Source: Polymyxa betae A26-41 | Lineage: Eukaryota; Protista; Endomyxa: Phytomyxea | DNA: 32,427 nt | Direction: 5' to 3' | Assembly: GCA_003693705.1 (NCBI GenBank) | Contig: RBZT01000663.1 | Coordinates: 1 to 32,427 of the forward strand | Part shown: positions 9,520 through 20,290 of the stretch, piece after piece | Layout: the number at the start of each line of letters is the position of its first letter | Numbering within the stretch: the first letter of the stretch is position 1 | Program-made: the position numbers and the translations under genes | The notes under the pieces: model-generated | Seen by the model: only the letters and a program-made list of their open reading frames with translations | Told to the model about the DNA's origin: nothing | Database searches by the model: none

Positions 9520-10572
9520 TCATAAACTGGACATTAAAGCATCAATATCTGGGTCTGCAGGAAAGTAGAGTGGTGAAAGAGGTGCAAACATATCATGGTC
9601 GAGCGTGGGAATTGCAGAAACCGTGGGAGACGAGCAATGATTATGATCGCCATCAGGAGCATGCCCGGTATCGACCTCATTTTCGACTGATTGATAAACT
9701 GCAACCGCGACAACCGGAGTCTCAGGTGGTGAAGATTCATCCCTATTGCCGAGAGGCAACGGGAGTTCAGCAATGATCGACGCTGGCGTGGGTGTGGGCT
9801 TTTTCATAATCGAAGACTTGGATGTAGACATGGATTGCAAGTCCCGAAGAATGTCGGCCGAGCGAAGTTTGAAGAACAGGGCTGTTTCTTCCAAATCAGG
9901 ACGCATTGCAAATAACGACTTGTTTCGCTGTACTCCATAATGGCAACTCGTTTTTTTGTCGCTTCAATGAACTCGCGACTCAGAACCACCAGCTGTGAAA
10001 AGTGACCTTCCATTCCGTCGCCAGCCAGCTGGGATTTCTTCCTCTTTTCCGCAAGCTTATTGCCTTCCACAGGGCGTTGATCTTTGTCACATTCGCTCTC
10101 ATGGAAGCTGTTCATAGATATCCCACCTGGTGATGGTACTATGCGGGTCCGTGAAGCAGATTTTGGGGTGCTTTTGCTTTTTGATGTACTGCTAGCATTC
10201 GGGAATGTCGAGATCCTCTTCGGGAGTTTTTCAGGATAATCCAACAGCTCACGTATTCGAAGGCCTTGCCCTTAGAAGATTTTAGACGCTTCCATAGCTC
10301 TAGAGATTTATCCCGGTACATGTCATCCCTCCATAGAGACTTTTTCAGTGCTTTCACCTTGCTGTACTGGCCACAGAATTTGCTGACATCTCTCTTGATG
10401 TTATCCCATCTGGCTGGTTGCTTCTTCATCTCGAAGCGAGTTAAAAACCAACAGTACTTTTTCCCAGAAACATGCAGGGTCTGGGAAGTGCGATTGAGTC
10501 CTGGGATACATCTAGCCAAGCCTTAGCAAGACAATCATTTTCAATTTGCGTCCATCCCAAATTCAGTCCCAT
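9520..10572 (-). pseudogene. Pong ORF1-like Myb / NAM-associated protein, frameshifted
   Basis: GWTQIENDCLAKAWLDVSQDS...RWDNIKRDVSKFCGQY...FEYVSCWIILKNS...RPVEGNKLAEKRKK. Confidence 0.8.
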
Positions 10573-10879
10573 GACGAAATTCAGTTGAGTTCAGAAAAAT
10601 GAAATTTATTTCCATACAATACAATACATTGACTCACATTTCCTATGAATTGATCGCTTTGATCGATTTTGCGTAAATAGATCTGTGGTTAAAATAGCCG
10701 CGAACGAGGGAAAGATAACAGCAATCTAATCTAGATATTGGAATAGAGCTGCGCGGTGTGGCAAATTTTTGCAATTCTATTGCTATTATAGCTTAGATCG
10801 GAGAATACAAATGCGTGCCGTGGAGGCTCTAAGTACGTAAACCTTGCTTGCGGAGCCGCATCTTGCTATCCCAATGGCC

Positions 10880-11130
10880 AGGCACAGCAAGCAGAAGATA
10901 AAACTGAACTAGCACGCCAAGTTCCAACTTTGACGATTCATTCAATTGAAGAAAGTTCCCTTATCTTCCGTTAGGAGGTTTGCTAGAGAATGCTTCAGAT
11001 TCATGGGTGTGTATCGGATCAGCAATTCTACGGCACAAGCCTCAATTTGAAGCAACTTGAGATGAGGTGAAGAAGTGCAAGAATCACCGCTCGATTCCTG
11101 TTCGCATTCTGAAAGAACTTTTTGATAAAC
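10880..11130 (+). pseudogene. C-terminal remnant of a Tc1/mariner-type transposase
   Basis: KVPLSSVRRFARECFRFMGVYR...VKKCKNHRSIP resembles the IRRFARK..RYMDAYR...KKYKSHRRI C-terminus of a eukaryotic DDE family. HIFFAPFICE at about 5348-5376 resembles the preceding PKFHCE motif. Confidence 0.6.
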
Positions 11131-11202
11131 ATGATAAAAGCTGCTTACGCACTTCGGAAATTGATTTGAAAAAGTTGTAGGGTTAAAGTGACGGCAACGG
11201 TA

Positions 11203-11624
11203 GCATGATGTTTGCACTCTGCAAGTATGTGCGAGAGACTCTCCCAATGATCATAATCAGCTGTCCAACAGCGCCAGCCAATCTTCAGGCTCCATAAACC
11301 TTTGCAATTTCACTTATCTTCAACGGCATCTTCAATTTCGAACCGTTGGTCGCCGAGAGCGATTGTTGGGAGCAACTCATCACTAACGTTGAGGATGTCA
11401 TTGACATAGACTCATAATCGTTGCGCATGAACTTCAGAGACCTGTTTGGTAACCAGGTTCTCAAATGAAAAAACGAAGCCAGAAAGAACTTCAACAATGC
11501 GGGCTTGTCCGAGCTTTTAAACGAAAGCTTACTTGGACTCTGGCCCTGAGGCATGGCATATAATGCGTAATCCCCAATAGTGAAGTTTGCAGCATGACAT
11601 ATTGCCGTTTTCAAAAATTCATTA
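11203..11624 (-). pseudogene. Gypsy integrase C-terminus and chromodomain
   Basis: NFTIGDYALY...SKL / FENLVTKQVSEVHAQRL*VYVNDILNVSDELL...FEIEDAVED...LWSLKIGWRCWTADYDHWESL. Confidence 0.75.
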
Positions 11625-11889
11625 GAGGCCCAACAATGGGACCCCAATAAAGAATCTGCTTGGCCCATGAAGAAAGTGCGTAGACCCGATTTATTGAGGA
11701 CCCGAATCGCGTTTAAAGCATGATCCTGACTGTAACTTGGATTGCAAATGTTATAAAGACGCTTTTAATTTATAAAAAGCGATTCTTAAAATAATCCTGC
11801 CATTTTGAATATTTTCAGGCGGGGTCAAAACTGAGAGGGCGTCGTATTGGAAATTTGGGTCCGCGACAATCAAGATCTCTTCTGTTTGC

Positions 11890-12539
11890 AGTGGTCCTAG
11901 ATGTGGATCAAAGACATGCGGTGGCGTTGTCTGGTACTACATTACGTTTACAGAGTTCGTTGATTTTGGGACCAGTAAAAAAAGTATCAAAAGATGGAAC
12001 CGAAACCTTGAGCAAACCGGAGGTTTATTCTGGGTTGCCGAGGCAACGATCCGCTCGCTGCGACGTGGGAGTTTACCGTTTTGTAGAAGACTACATTGAA
12101 CAGCATCCGTGTTCCTATATTCAAATTCAAGTGCTATAGGACGAGCTCAGCTGTCATTTTCCTCAAGTGAAAAATATTTCTAACGCAACAATTTGCCAGG
12201 CTCTTCGGCACGAATAGGAAATCACCAGAAAAGTGTTGGAGAAAAGAGCCAGCGAAAGTATTCAGGAGCAGCTGAAAGAATTGTTCATCAAAATTCGACC
12301 GATTTATTCCTATCCGGAGCAGTTGGTGTTCATTGACGAAAACAGTAAAGATGGCCGAGATTGATTACGCCGACACGGATGGTCTCGTGTGAACACTCGA
12401 GCGATTGTTCATCAGCCTTTTCAAGGAGGTGCGCGAGTGTCGATATTGGCAGGTTTCGACACGTCCGCATTTTTCGTATGGGAAACAGCTCCGACACTTT
12501 CACTCGACAGAAATTCCATACAGCTTTTTTGCGTTTAAT
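11890..12539 (+). pseudogene. IS630/Tc1-type transposase, 5' part
   Basis: RWRCLVLHYVY...FVEDYIEQHPCSY...ISNATICQALRH...TRKVLEKRASE...QLVFIDENSKDGRD...RRHGWS...RVSILAG...FTRQKFHTAF, with stops and frameshifts. Confidence 0.85.
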
Positions 12540-12696
12540 AAACCTATCCGTTAGAGGAACCTAATTTTGACGTGCAGATGTTTTGACTTCCCTAGTTTTG
12601 CTACTTTCCGTTATAGTTGCAAAATTTGGTGTGCCGCCAGTCACATCATACAAAAACCTGCCCGCGCGCGTTGGAATCTTTTAACAACAAATAGAT

Positions 12697-14760
12697 ATGA
12701 TGAGCGATAGTGACAGCGATGAATCGCTGAGCGAAATACTCGATCAGCAAGTTGTAATGCTGACAGCTGTAGCAACTTCAGCTGCGAACATTGAAGCTTA
12801 TTTTCTTGACGAGATGATTATGGAAAATCAAAAATACGTTGATCCTAATGAAGGCGTTCTCGATCAACTCGCTAATCAAAACAAAATTAGGGTTCCGATT
12901 GATACCGGTACTACACGACTACACGCGCTCCGGTAGTCTCCCGGTCGGATACCGGTAGATGGGTGGTACCGGACCCGACTACCGACACTACCGGCCTACG
13001 AATGGTGAGTGCTGGAAAATCAGAGTTACGGACTTCGAAACCCTTCTTGTAATCTTGTTTCGTACTCGGAAGCGAAGGACTGAACCTCCACTGTGCCCCG
13101 TAAATGCACCTTTTTTTCGCGCCAATGTTGGGATTGGAGTTTCGATCCTGTCGTCAGCAACTACGAGCCCATAGTGTTGCCTGAAAGCTCCGGCATCAGT
13201 CTTGTGTCAAACGTATTATCACCTGATTCAGCATCTGGAAACGCGATTGACCCCAGAGGTGCTGAAACCATTCCAAGTGGAAATTGTTCAACAGCCGATA
13301 AACCCAAGGGGACTGTGTATAATCAGATAAGCAAGACAGACACTGATAGGACCACCTTTTCTTCTCAAACGGAGAGATCATGGACGAAATTGATAAGTTT
13401 CTCAGCCTTCCTTGCGACGGCCCCCAGTTCCATCCAATCGGGTTTTAGTAAGTTCGGAAAGCTATTCTCTCTATCCCAGGTTCATCGGTCTCACTGGAGG
13501 CTGGAGCTGATTATGAACTCCGGTCGTGAGCTTATTGGTCTTCACAGTCATCGGCTCAAACATTAAATTTTATGTGCCCTGATATTTGGGGAATGCGCTT
13601 TAAATGATTGAAATGACAGATGAAATTTTATAATGAAACTTGGGTCTTTCTGAGATTTTCGGTCTTTATGTGATTCGGTTGCCGGTACTACCGGTATCCG
13701 AACCCGAAAATCCGGGTCGGATACCGGTAGATGGGGGGTACCCGACACGAACGGTACCGATCGGAACCCTAAATTTAAACACCTCACTCTTTAGAGTGAT
13801 GACAAATTTCACTATTTTTGAGTTCGAGGAGCTTTCTAAGTTTATATGTTCCGTATTGGCAACAACTGCTCGAACAACCGGTCAAGTAAGAGGACTGTTC
13901 GGGCGGCAACCGAACATTTCCCCACAGCAATATCTGCATTTCATTTTGTACATGAAGCATGATAGCACGGTAGTTTGCGCCGCCCAATATTTCAACTATT
14001 CGAAATCGTCGTCATGCGATGGTTCGATTTTCGTCGCTTCCGTTAGAAACTTTGCCTTGGCGCATGAGATCAGATGGCCATTTCCGGAAGAACGAAGATC
14101 TTTGGCAGCTCGTACTAACTTCCATGGATGCATTGGGTTCATCGATGGAACCCTCGCCCAAATTCGTAACCAAAAAGCAAACAATTTGGTGATATCCGCA
14201 GTCTCTGTTACAATCGACGGAAGTCGATGTATTCTGTAGACAAAACAGTAGTTGTAGATCACGATGGCTTATTTTTCTAAGAGGATCCAGGATATCCTGG
14301 AGCATATCATACATCAATTGCTTGCGCACATCTGATCTATTTCACAGCCTGCGCCGGCACTTTGTACATACCGATGAATACTTTGAATATCTTTTTGGAG
14401 ACAAAGGTTATGTTGGAGAAGAGATTTTTAGTATGCACCGAATGCGACAGCGCGATTAGATACGAAATGGTCAGAGTATGGACGCCATTGATGCTTCAAC
14501 GCTGCTCACGGTGGGATGAAAGTTCGCGTCGAATGGGACATCGTGGGAATGATGCGGAAGTGGCGCAAATTCAAGAAGCAGTTCGACTGCACAATCGGGA
14601 AGTTCCATCACCTCTTTCGCGCATGAGCAATTCTCGACAGCTTCCTTCAACGACGCAGTCATGATATGCGAACATATCAGGAAGGAGCAGGCGTGGGCGA
14701 TGCTGGCTGGGATGACGCTGATGAGGAGTTAGTAAACCAAATTGTTAAGAATAAAACGAA
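12697..14760 (+). pseudogene. Harbinger-type transposase split by a hAT MITE (12697-12887 plus 13772 to about 14760)
   Basis: DPNEGVLDQL...|...LFRVMTNFTIFEFEEL...LHFILYMKHD...IRWP...GCIGFIDGT...VVVDHDG...PGYPG...GDKGY...VEW...KWRKF. 3' end is approximate. Confidence 0.8.
12888..13771. mobile_element. Non-autonomous hAT-type element (Ds/MITE-like)
   Basis: Perfect 12-bp TIR TAGGGTTCCGAT / ATCGGAACCCTA. Dense subterminal TACCGG/CCGGTA/CCGA repeats at both ends. TSD is degenerate. Confidence 0.8.
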
Positions 14761-14787
14761 CGGCTTTAATAATAACGATTCGAAGAT

Positions 14788-15528
14788 TCAAAAGAAGCGT
14801 TTTCGCTTTGTTATTTCCTGAGTCAAAAGGCGCAGCAATAGTCCTTGTGTCAGCTTCTCTAACTTCGCCAAGTCTGACTTGTGACGAAGCAGGTCGCTTT
14901 GAGCATCACGAATCGATACATAATTCGCGCTTAAAGTGGCAATCGATGTCGCCTGGGGGTTCAACTTCTGGGCCTTGGACGGCAGCGGTGGATCTACCTC
15001 CTTCTTCTCAACTGCAGCCGCACTGGTTTTAGGAGGGACCATTGTAGCTGCTAACCGATCCTGCTCAGCTAGAATGTTGCGTTTGGCATGGCGGTTAGAT
15101 TGTTTTACGGCCTGCTCATAATACTCAACAAGTTGTAGGGCCACGTTTCCAGATTTATCATCAGTATCGCCGGTGTGAAGCTGTTGTTTTTAGATTCGAA
15201 TGCAATGCCGAAGCTGCTCTGAGGATCGAATACCTTCCGGAATCAGGTTTTTATAATCGCTGTATATCTGCTACATGAATGTCAGCTCAAAGCTTCGTTT
15301 TGTCCTTTGAGTTAGGTTGTACCTTGGGCCGTACTTCTTTCGGGATTAATTGTTTCCCAGTCTTCTTTCTTGTTGCAAACCAGGAATTGTAGTGAGCGCC
15401 ATGCGAAGACATCAAACGCTGATCTTGAAAGAATTTATTGTGTCACGCCAGCCTGTTTTCATAATCTTCGCTGGTGGCGACGTCAACACATCCTCAACAA
15501 CCTCGGAATCATAGCAACGATCACTCAT
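14788..15528 (-). pseudogene. Degraded accessory ORF2 of the 12540-15740 element
   Basis: Broken frame from the ATG at 15528 into ORF 14788-15144, convergent with the transposase inside the TIRs. Confidence 0.55.
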
Positions 15529-15743
15529 TATAGGCTGAGATAAATAAGCAACTTGAGAAGTTATGTTGTAATCAATAACGAGACGCCAAGGCTTGGATCA
15601 AACTTTTAGACCAGGCGTTTGGTGGCTTGCAAAATTTGCACCCAGCCTTGAAAGGACGGGCAGCAAGAGGTCACCCCGCCGTACTTTGGGCTCAAACCTG
15701 TCTTACTCGCCAAGCTTCAGCCACTTTAACGGATAAGTTTAAT

Positions 15744-16043
15744 AAGTCCATTTTTACAACCATAGCCTATACCCAGAAGCATTGTGATACTGGACAATGC
15801 AAAAATCCACCAGTATCGTGAACTGGAAGCGGCCAATCACAGATGTGGAGCCATGATGGTGTATCTTCCACCATATTCACCGCAATTGAATCCAATGGGA
15901 AAGGGTGTGCATTGCTGAAACAATGGCTGACAAAATATGCACAGCAGGTGTTTCGTCTATGCCCGGATATGGTTTTACTGGCAGCGATGCCTCTCTGCAC
16001 GAGTTTTCGCCATGGAGATGTGGATATCGAGAAGACCAACTAA
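15744..16043 (+). pseudogene. IS630/Tc1-type transposase, 3' part
   Basis: SIVILDNAKIH...VYLPPYSPQLNPM(G), giving D-34-E spacing with the E position mutated, then ALLKQWL...VF...AMPLC. Confidence 0.85.
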
Positions 16044-16065
16044 TAAAGGAAAAAAAATTGTATTT

Positions 16066-16884
16066 TCAGTCGTCATCTGATGGTAAATGATCAAGGTCCT
16101 CGATGTCATCACTAACAGTGGCCAAAGCTGGAGCTTCGTCCCCTTTGAAAATATCTCTAGAGAATAACGGATATGGTGGCAGGCCTAAAGCCTTCCGCAA
16201 GTTTGGAATGTTGAGCTTGATCCCGTCAGGCTGTGTGGAGAGCACCTCGAATGGAACGTGGATATATTCGCCCAATGAGTGTCGACGTTCCGGGTCGATG
16301 CCCGGAAAAGTCCATTCTCATTGCCTGTCAAAAAAACCTTACATTGAGGCAATCTGGAACAGGCTCTGCGTTCGGATTTGAGCGCGTTGTCGCGCCCAAA
16401 CATTCATCACTACAGCCCCAATCCGATCATTTTCTGCAAGAGAAGGCGTTTCTTCTCTGAGACGGGCTGTGATCTCTTCGCTAGCGGATTGGACTCTCGC
16501 CACTGTTGCCCGTTTTAATGAGGACGCTGATGCATTGACCCTGCGTTGTCCGTTCTGATCTGGATCGCCGATGTATACAACGAATGAAATCCGGATATCT
16601 TCCGGACGTGCTCATTGACGAACAATGGCGTTTCTGTGAATTCGGCGAATTTCTGATTCGAAATTTTCTTCAGTCATCACTATGAATCTGTCTTGCCGTG
16701 CATCAGTCGCAGCTTTCAATTTGAAGACCAGAAAAGGCAATTGGCTGTGAGTATTTTTTGGAAACGTCGACCACAGATGGTCCACTATAATGACATGCAT
16801 GCGCCACATTGTAGCCTTGAGACAGAATAATCCTGATTTCGTTTGTTTCTGCTTCTGAGGATCTTGTACGACGCGAACGTTCAT
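16066..16884 (-). pseudogene. Accessory ORF of unknown function, convergent with the IS630-like transposase
   Basis: Broken frame: ...MTEENFESEIRRIHRN...SFVVYI...LKRATVARVQSASEEI...NVWARQRAQ...LNIPNLRKALGLPPYPLFSRDIF...DDIEDLDH*. Its stop lies about 20 nt from the transposase 3' end. Confidence 0.6.
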
Positions 16885-17210
16885 CGTTTCAACGATAAAC
16901 CGTCAAAACGGCTGCCAATGCGTCAGGTGCTGCGTTCATTGAAAGTAAATTGGCCTAGAGATCGACAACAACGTAGGCAGCTTCCCGCAGAAGATTGAGT
17001 CATTAGCTCGAGATATGAATCTGTATTATTCTTATTTTATTTTGATAATTCTTCAGACAGGAGAATCGAAATCTGAAGAATCCGGCCATACTGGCCCCAT
17101 TCTGAACCCTGTTTGCACAACGAGTCCACGGATCCGGTTTTAGAAAATTGCGTACCACGATTTACCATTCTCTGTCTATGGACAAACAATATGATAAGCA
17201 CAATAGACGC

Positions 17211-17927
17211 TTAAGGCTTTTCCGGGTACGATTATTTATACGGATCTCAGTAACAATTGCGTGCATTCTAGAAGTTCCCGAACGCGATCAGCCAGCTCCA
17301 TCTTTGAAAGAGGAGTCGCCGTAAACGCGCCCAATTTGGGATTCCAAATATAGTACAGTGGAGAAAAAGGGTCTCGCGCCGTAGAAAACGTGATAAGAGC
17401 GAAAGATAGATTCGGAGGAATTGTATGGCTCAGAACAAAGCGCACGATACGGATGAGCAATGGCCACTGTCTCTCAGTTTATCGAAACGTGGAGCGCAGA
17501 GACCGGAAAACAACTAAAAGTGGGAGTTGGCGGCTTCAACTCCACCATGCTTTTAGGGTCAGTATGCCAGATGAAAATTCTGAGTCACGCGCATGCGGAA
17601 CGATAGTTCGGCGATGACCTGATTGGCGAAATGGGTGCCGCGATCCGTGACCCAAATTTTTGGAATGCCGTGTCGCGAAAACCAATGCAACAATAATTCA
17701 GCGAAATGAGCCGCGCTGAGCTCAGTAGGAAACATTTCAACATAGCCGGATAGGCAATCTCGCACAACCAGTAGTTGTTTGAAGTCAGAATTAAATGGGT
17801 CGATGTAAGGATTATCGAAATCCAGTATCTCGTTGGCTGAGGTCGGATTGACCGTGGCGCCGAAAGGATGAGGAACTACGTCGGCAGCCTTTCCTGGTAT
17901 ACAATGTAAGCAAAAACGAACAAAATC
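17211..17927 (-). pseudogene. Gypsy integrase: second half of the zinc finger and catalytic core
   Basis: DFVRFCLHC...ANEILDFD...LLVVRDCLSGYVEMF...WFSRHGIPKIWVTDRGTHFANQVI...GGVE. Confidence 0.85.
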
Positions 17928-17994
17928 CAGTGTTGTCACAAAGGTTTTTTTTAAACATTCGAAGGTTTTTATTGGGTTTAAACTTTTAAACAAT

Positions 17995-19055
17995 AGAGGC
18001 GTCCGCAAAGTCAACGTATGATTTTCGCGCATTTTTTCGAAACATACGTTCAGACACTGAGACGTCCGTAAAGTCCCTATAATAAAAACATACGTGAAAA
18101 GATACGTTGGTTTTCTGAGGCTGCGCTCTTCGGACTGAGTCGCCAGGTCGCTTCCGCTTCTCGTCGTCTTCCTGTCTGTCAAGACATCAAGCCAAGGCAG
18201 GTGTACACGTCAAGTGGGCGCAGGGTAACTTGGCTCGAGTCGTGCATGGCCACGAACCACAGGACTTCTCAAGCTCCGAACCGGAGTTGCTATAGCACAC
18301 ACAGTCCCAGTCGACTATGGCAGCTCCCCACTGGTATACGACAACTCCGCCACGGAGTTTCCATATATATGAATCTGCATTAATCTTGTTTTACTATATA
18401 ACAGCCCACCGGGCCATCAATACAATCACTTCTTAAACTGACTGCTTGTCCAGACATTGATCGCTGTTGCCTCTCTAGTCTCAAAACTGTCTGGGTTGTT
18501 CGTTTTAGAGCGCTGCCGCGATGGCTGATGCTCTTGATCCCCAGTCCGACACATCTGACATATAGAGAGCAACGATGATGTGGCTGTCGTAAGGTCATAT
18601 CGTTTATTGTAGCCGCTCGATCGTAACATTAACGCACAGCCTGCTCCCTGGCGCTAGATTTATTGGATATAGAGGACAATAAACTGCCCCATCATCTATA
18701 TGGCGATTATAGCGTCGATAAAGGTCGCCTTGTTAACGACATTCTGGAGCGGAATTTTTCCGGGCCATGCTCAATTCTCTACATTAGTCTGGGTTTACTT
18801 TGGACTAACGCCGGGTTCTACAATCTTACAGAGCTGTGCTATAAGTTGGAACTTTTAAATAATAAACATTTAATCTTCCGCGCTCTAACGTATCATTTTA
18901 AAATCATACGGACGTATCTTTTTAGGCCATTTTATCTTTTGGGCAAAGATACGTTAGGAGGCCCCTCGCAGCAGATTTTCCTGCGCACTTCTCCAAGTCC
19001 GTAAAGTATCATTTTGCAACCAAACGTATGATTTGCCTACTTTGTGGAAGTCTCT
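17995..19055. mobile_element. Putative non-autonomous TIR element inside the hAT 5' subterminal region
   Basis: AGAGGCGTCCGCAAAGT versus reverse-complement AGAGACTTCCACAAAGT (14/17). Repeated ATACGT/ACGTAT and GTCCGTAAAGT motifs at both ends. Confidence 0.55.
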
Positions 19056-19138
19056 GATGTTTAAATGTGTTTTACAAAAAACATTTAATACTTGGGTAAT
19101 AAAACATGGTCTTTATATGCGCCACGCAGTCCGTGGAT

Positions 19139-20290
19139 CATGTCAGTCTCTAGAAATTTTCGTCTTTGTCATCGAACTGCAATGTCGTCTTGAAAACAAG
19201 CTGTTGGTCGCCCTGCATCGGAATGCAAATTGCATTTTAAGTTGAACGAAATGTGCAATAATTCGCAGTATTGGCATCATTGCTCTCACTGTGAACGCGC
19301 TCACAAAGAAAACCCGGAATCTGTGGATCCACCACAGAAGATTATCGGTTGCAAGAAAGCATTCGAATCTCATCTTCGCGATTGTGAGCATTATGCTGCC
19401 GTCGTTGCCACTCCTCTCGGAGCTGTGGCGATATCTGCTCATCAATCACAATCATTTGCCACCTCAGCTGCCGATTCTGCTCCATCCAACAGTAATAAAC
19501 GATTCCGCCAGTCGACAATCAATTCATATTGTCCGGCCGGTTCCTTTGGATACTCATACTGTAGCTTCGTTTCGCAATCTTCTGTTGGAGTTCCAAGCGG
19601 AAAACAAACTCCCAGCAAGCTTTATCAGTCGCCCGTCGATTAAACGGCTATTTGAGTTTGCTAATCTACAATGTGCAAGAAATTTACCCAGCCGCCACGA
19701 CCTTGGCGGTTAAATTTTGGATGCTTATTCTTCAGCAGCTTCCGCTGCCGACGCTCTTCGTTCTGAACAAACAGCTAATTTGCGTGTTATCTTGCTAACG
19801 GATGCATGGGAAAACATCGCTCGGTCCCATATCAGTGCTGTTCAGCTCAGTCTGAACGGAGTCGTTTGACATTCGATGCGTATCAGTACTATCAAATCGC
19901 CAAGACGAGCTTGCCATTGCCGAGTTATTAGAAACACTTCTGATCCGTATGCAGCAGGAAGGTTGGAACGTTGACTCCGTTTTTACCGACAACCCGGGTA
20001 ACTTCGGTCGAGCCAGGCGAATTATTGCTCTGCGCTGGCCGAAAATGAATTTCCTTTTCTGTTTCGCCCATCAGGTAATTCTTTTGGTCAAGGACGTCAT
20101 TAACGCGTCTTTCAAAGTTATCGCGAAAGAAGCCTATGATATCTGGGTGTGCCTGAACAGATCAATTGCAAAATGGCTGCCGCGTCTGAGCGACATTATG
20201 GAGTCTGTGTATGGCGTCCATTTCTCGTTGATTCTAATGGGGGACAAGCGTTGGAACTCAATGCAGGAAATGTTTGCGTCTCTACTTCGA
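19139..20290 (+). pseudogene. hAT transposase, 5' part (BED-like finger and DD core)
   Basis: GRP...HF...CSHC...HLRDC; LPSRHDLGG; LTDAWEN; TDNPGN; CFAHQVILLVKD; RWNSMQ. Confidence 0.85.

Larger units (their letters stand above)
5385..10829. mobile_element. Pong-like (PIF/Harbinger superfamily) element
   Basis: TIR GAGCATCCACGACGCGCATTTCTATT versus reverse-complement GAGCCTCCACGGCACGCATTTGTATT. Flanks TCA / TAA. Subterminal AATAG/CTATT repeats. Transposase plus convergent Myb-like ORF. Confidence 0.8.
5081..11200. mobile_element. Internally deleted Tc1/mariner-superfamily element hosting the Pong-like insertion
   Basis: 26-bp TIR CCGTTGCCGTCAC(C/T)TTAACCCTACAA at 5081-5106 and 11175-11200 (25/26). 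TA TSD at 5079-5080 and 11201-11202. Confidence 0.85.
12540..15740. mobile_element. PHIS/Harbinger-type element with AAT TSD, inserted in the IS630-like transposase
   Basis: TIR AAACCTATCCGTTA / TAACGGATAAGTTT. AAT at 12537-12539 and 15741-15743. Excision restores FHTAFLRLISPFLQP*PIPRSIVILDNAKIH. Confidence 0.85.
11625..17210. mobile_element. Insertion containing a two-gene IS630/Tc1-like element; termini uncertain
   Basis: Interrupts the Gypsy integrase. Joining at TTA 11622-11624 / 17211-17213 restores RTRKSLNEFLKTAICHAANFTIGDY. No convincing TIR found. Confidence 0.5.

Noticed and set aside
16066-16884. Accessory ORF as a Fanzor/TnpB RNA-guided nuclease
   Set aside because: No RuvC motifs (D-x-G, E-x-L, D-x-N-A) and no CxxC...CxxC zinc finger are visible, and the ORF is too short.
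17928-18182. N-terminal part of the 207-aa ORF 17559-18182 as genuine protein
   Set aside because: It is read-through from hAT and TIR-element terminal DNA into the Gypsy integrase frame.
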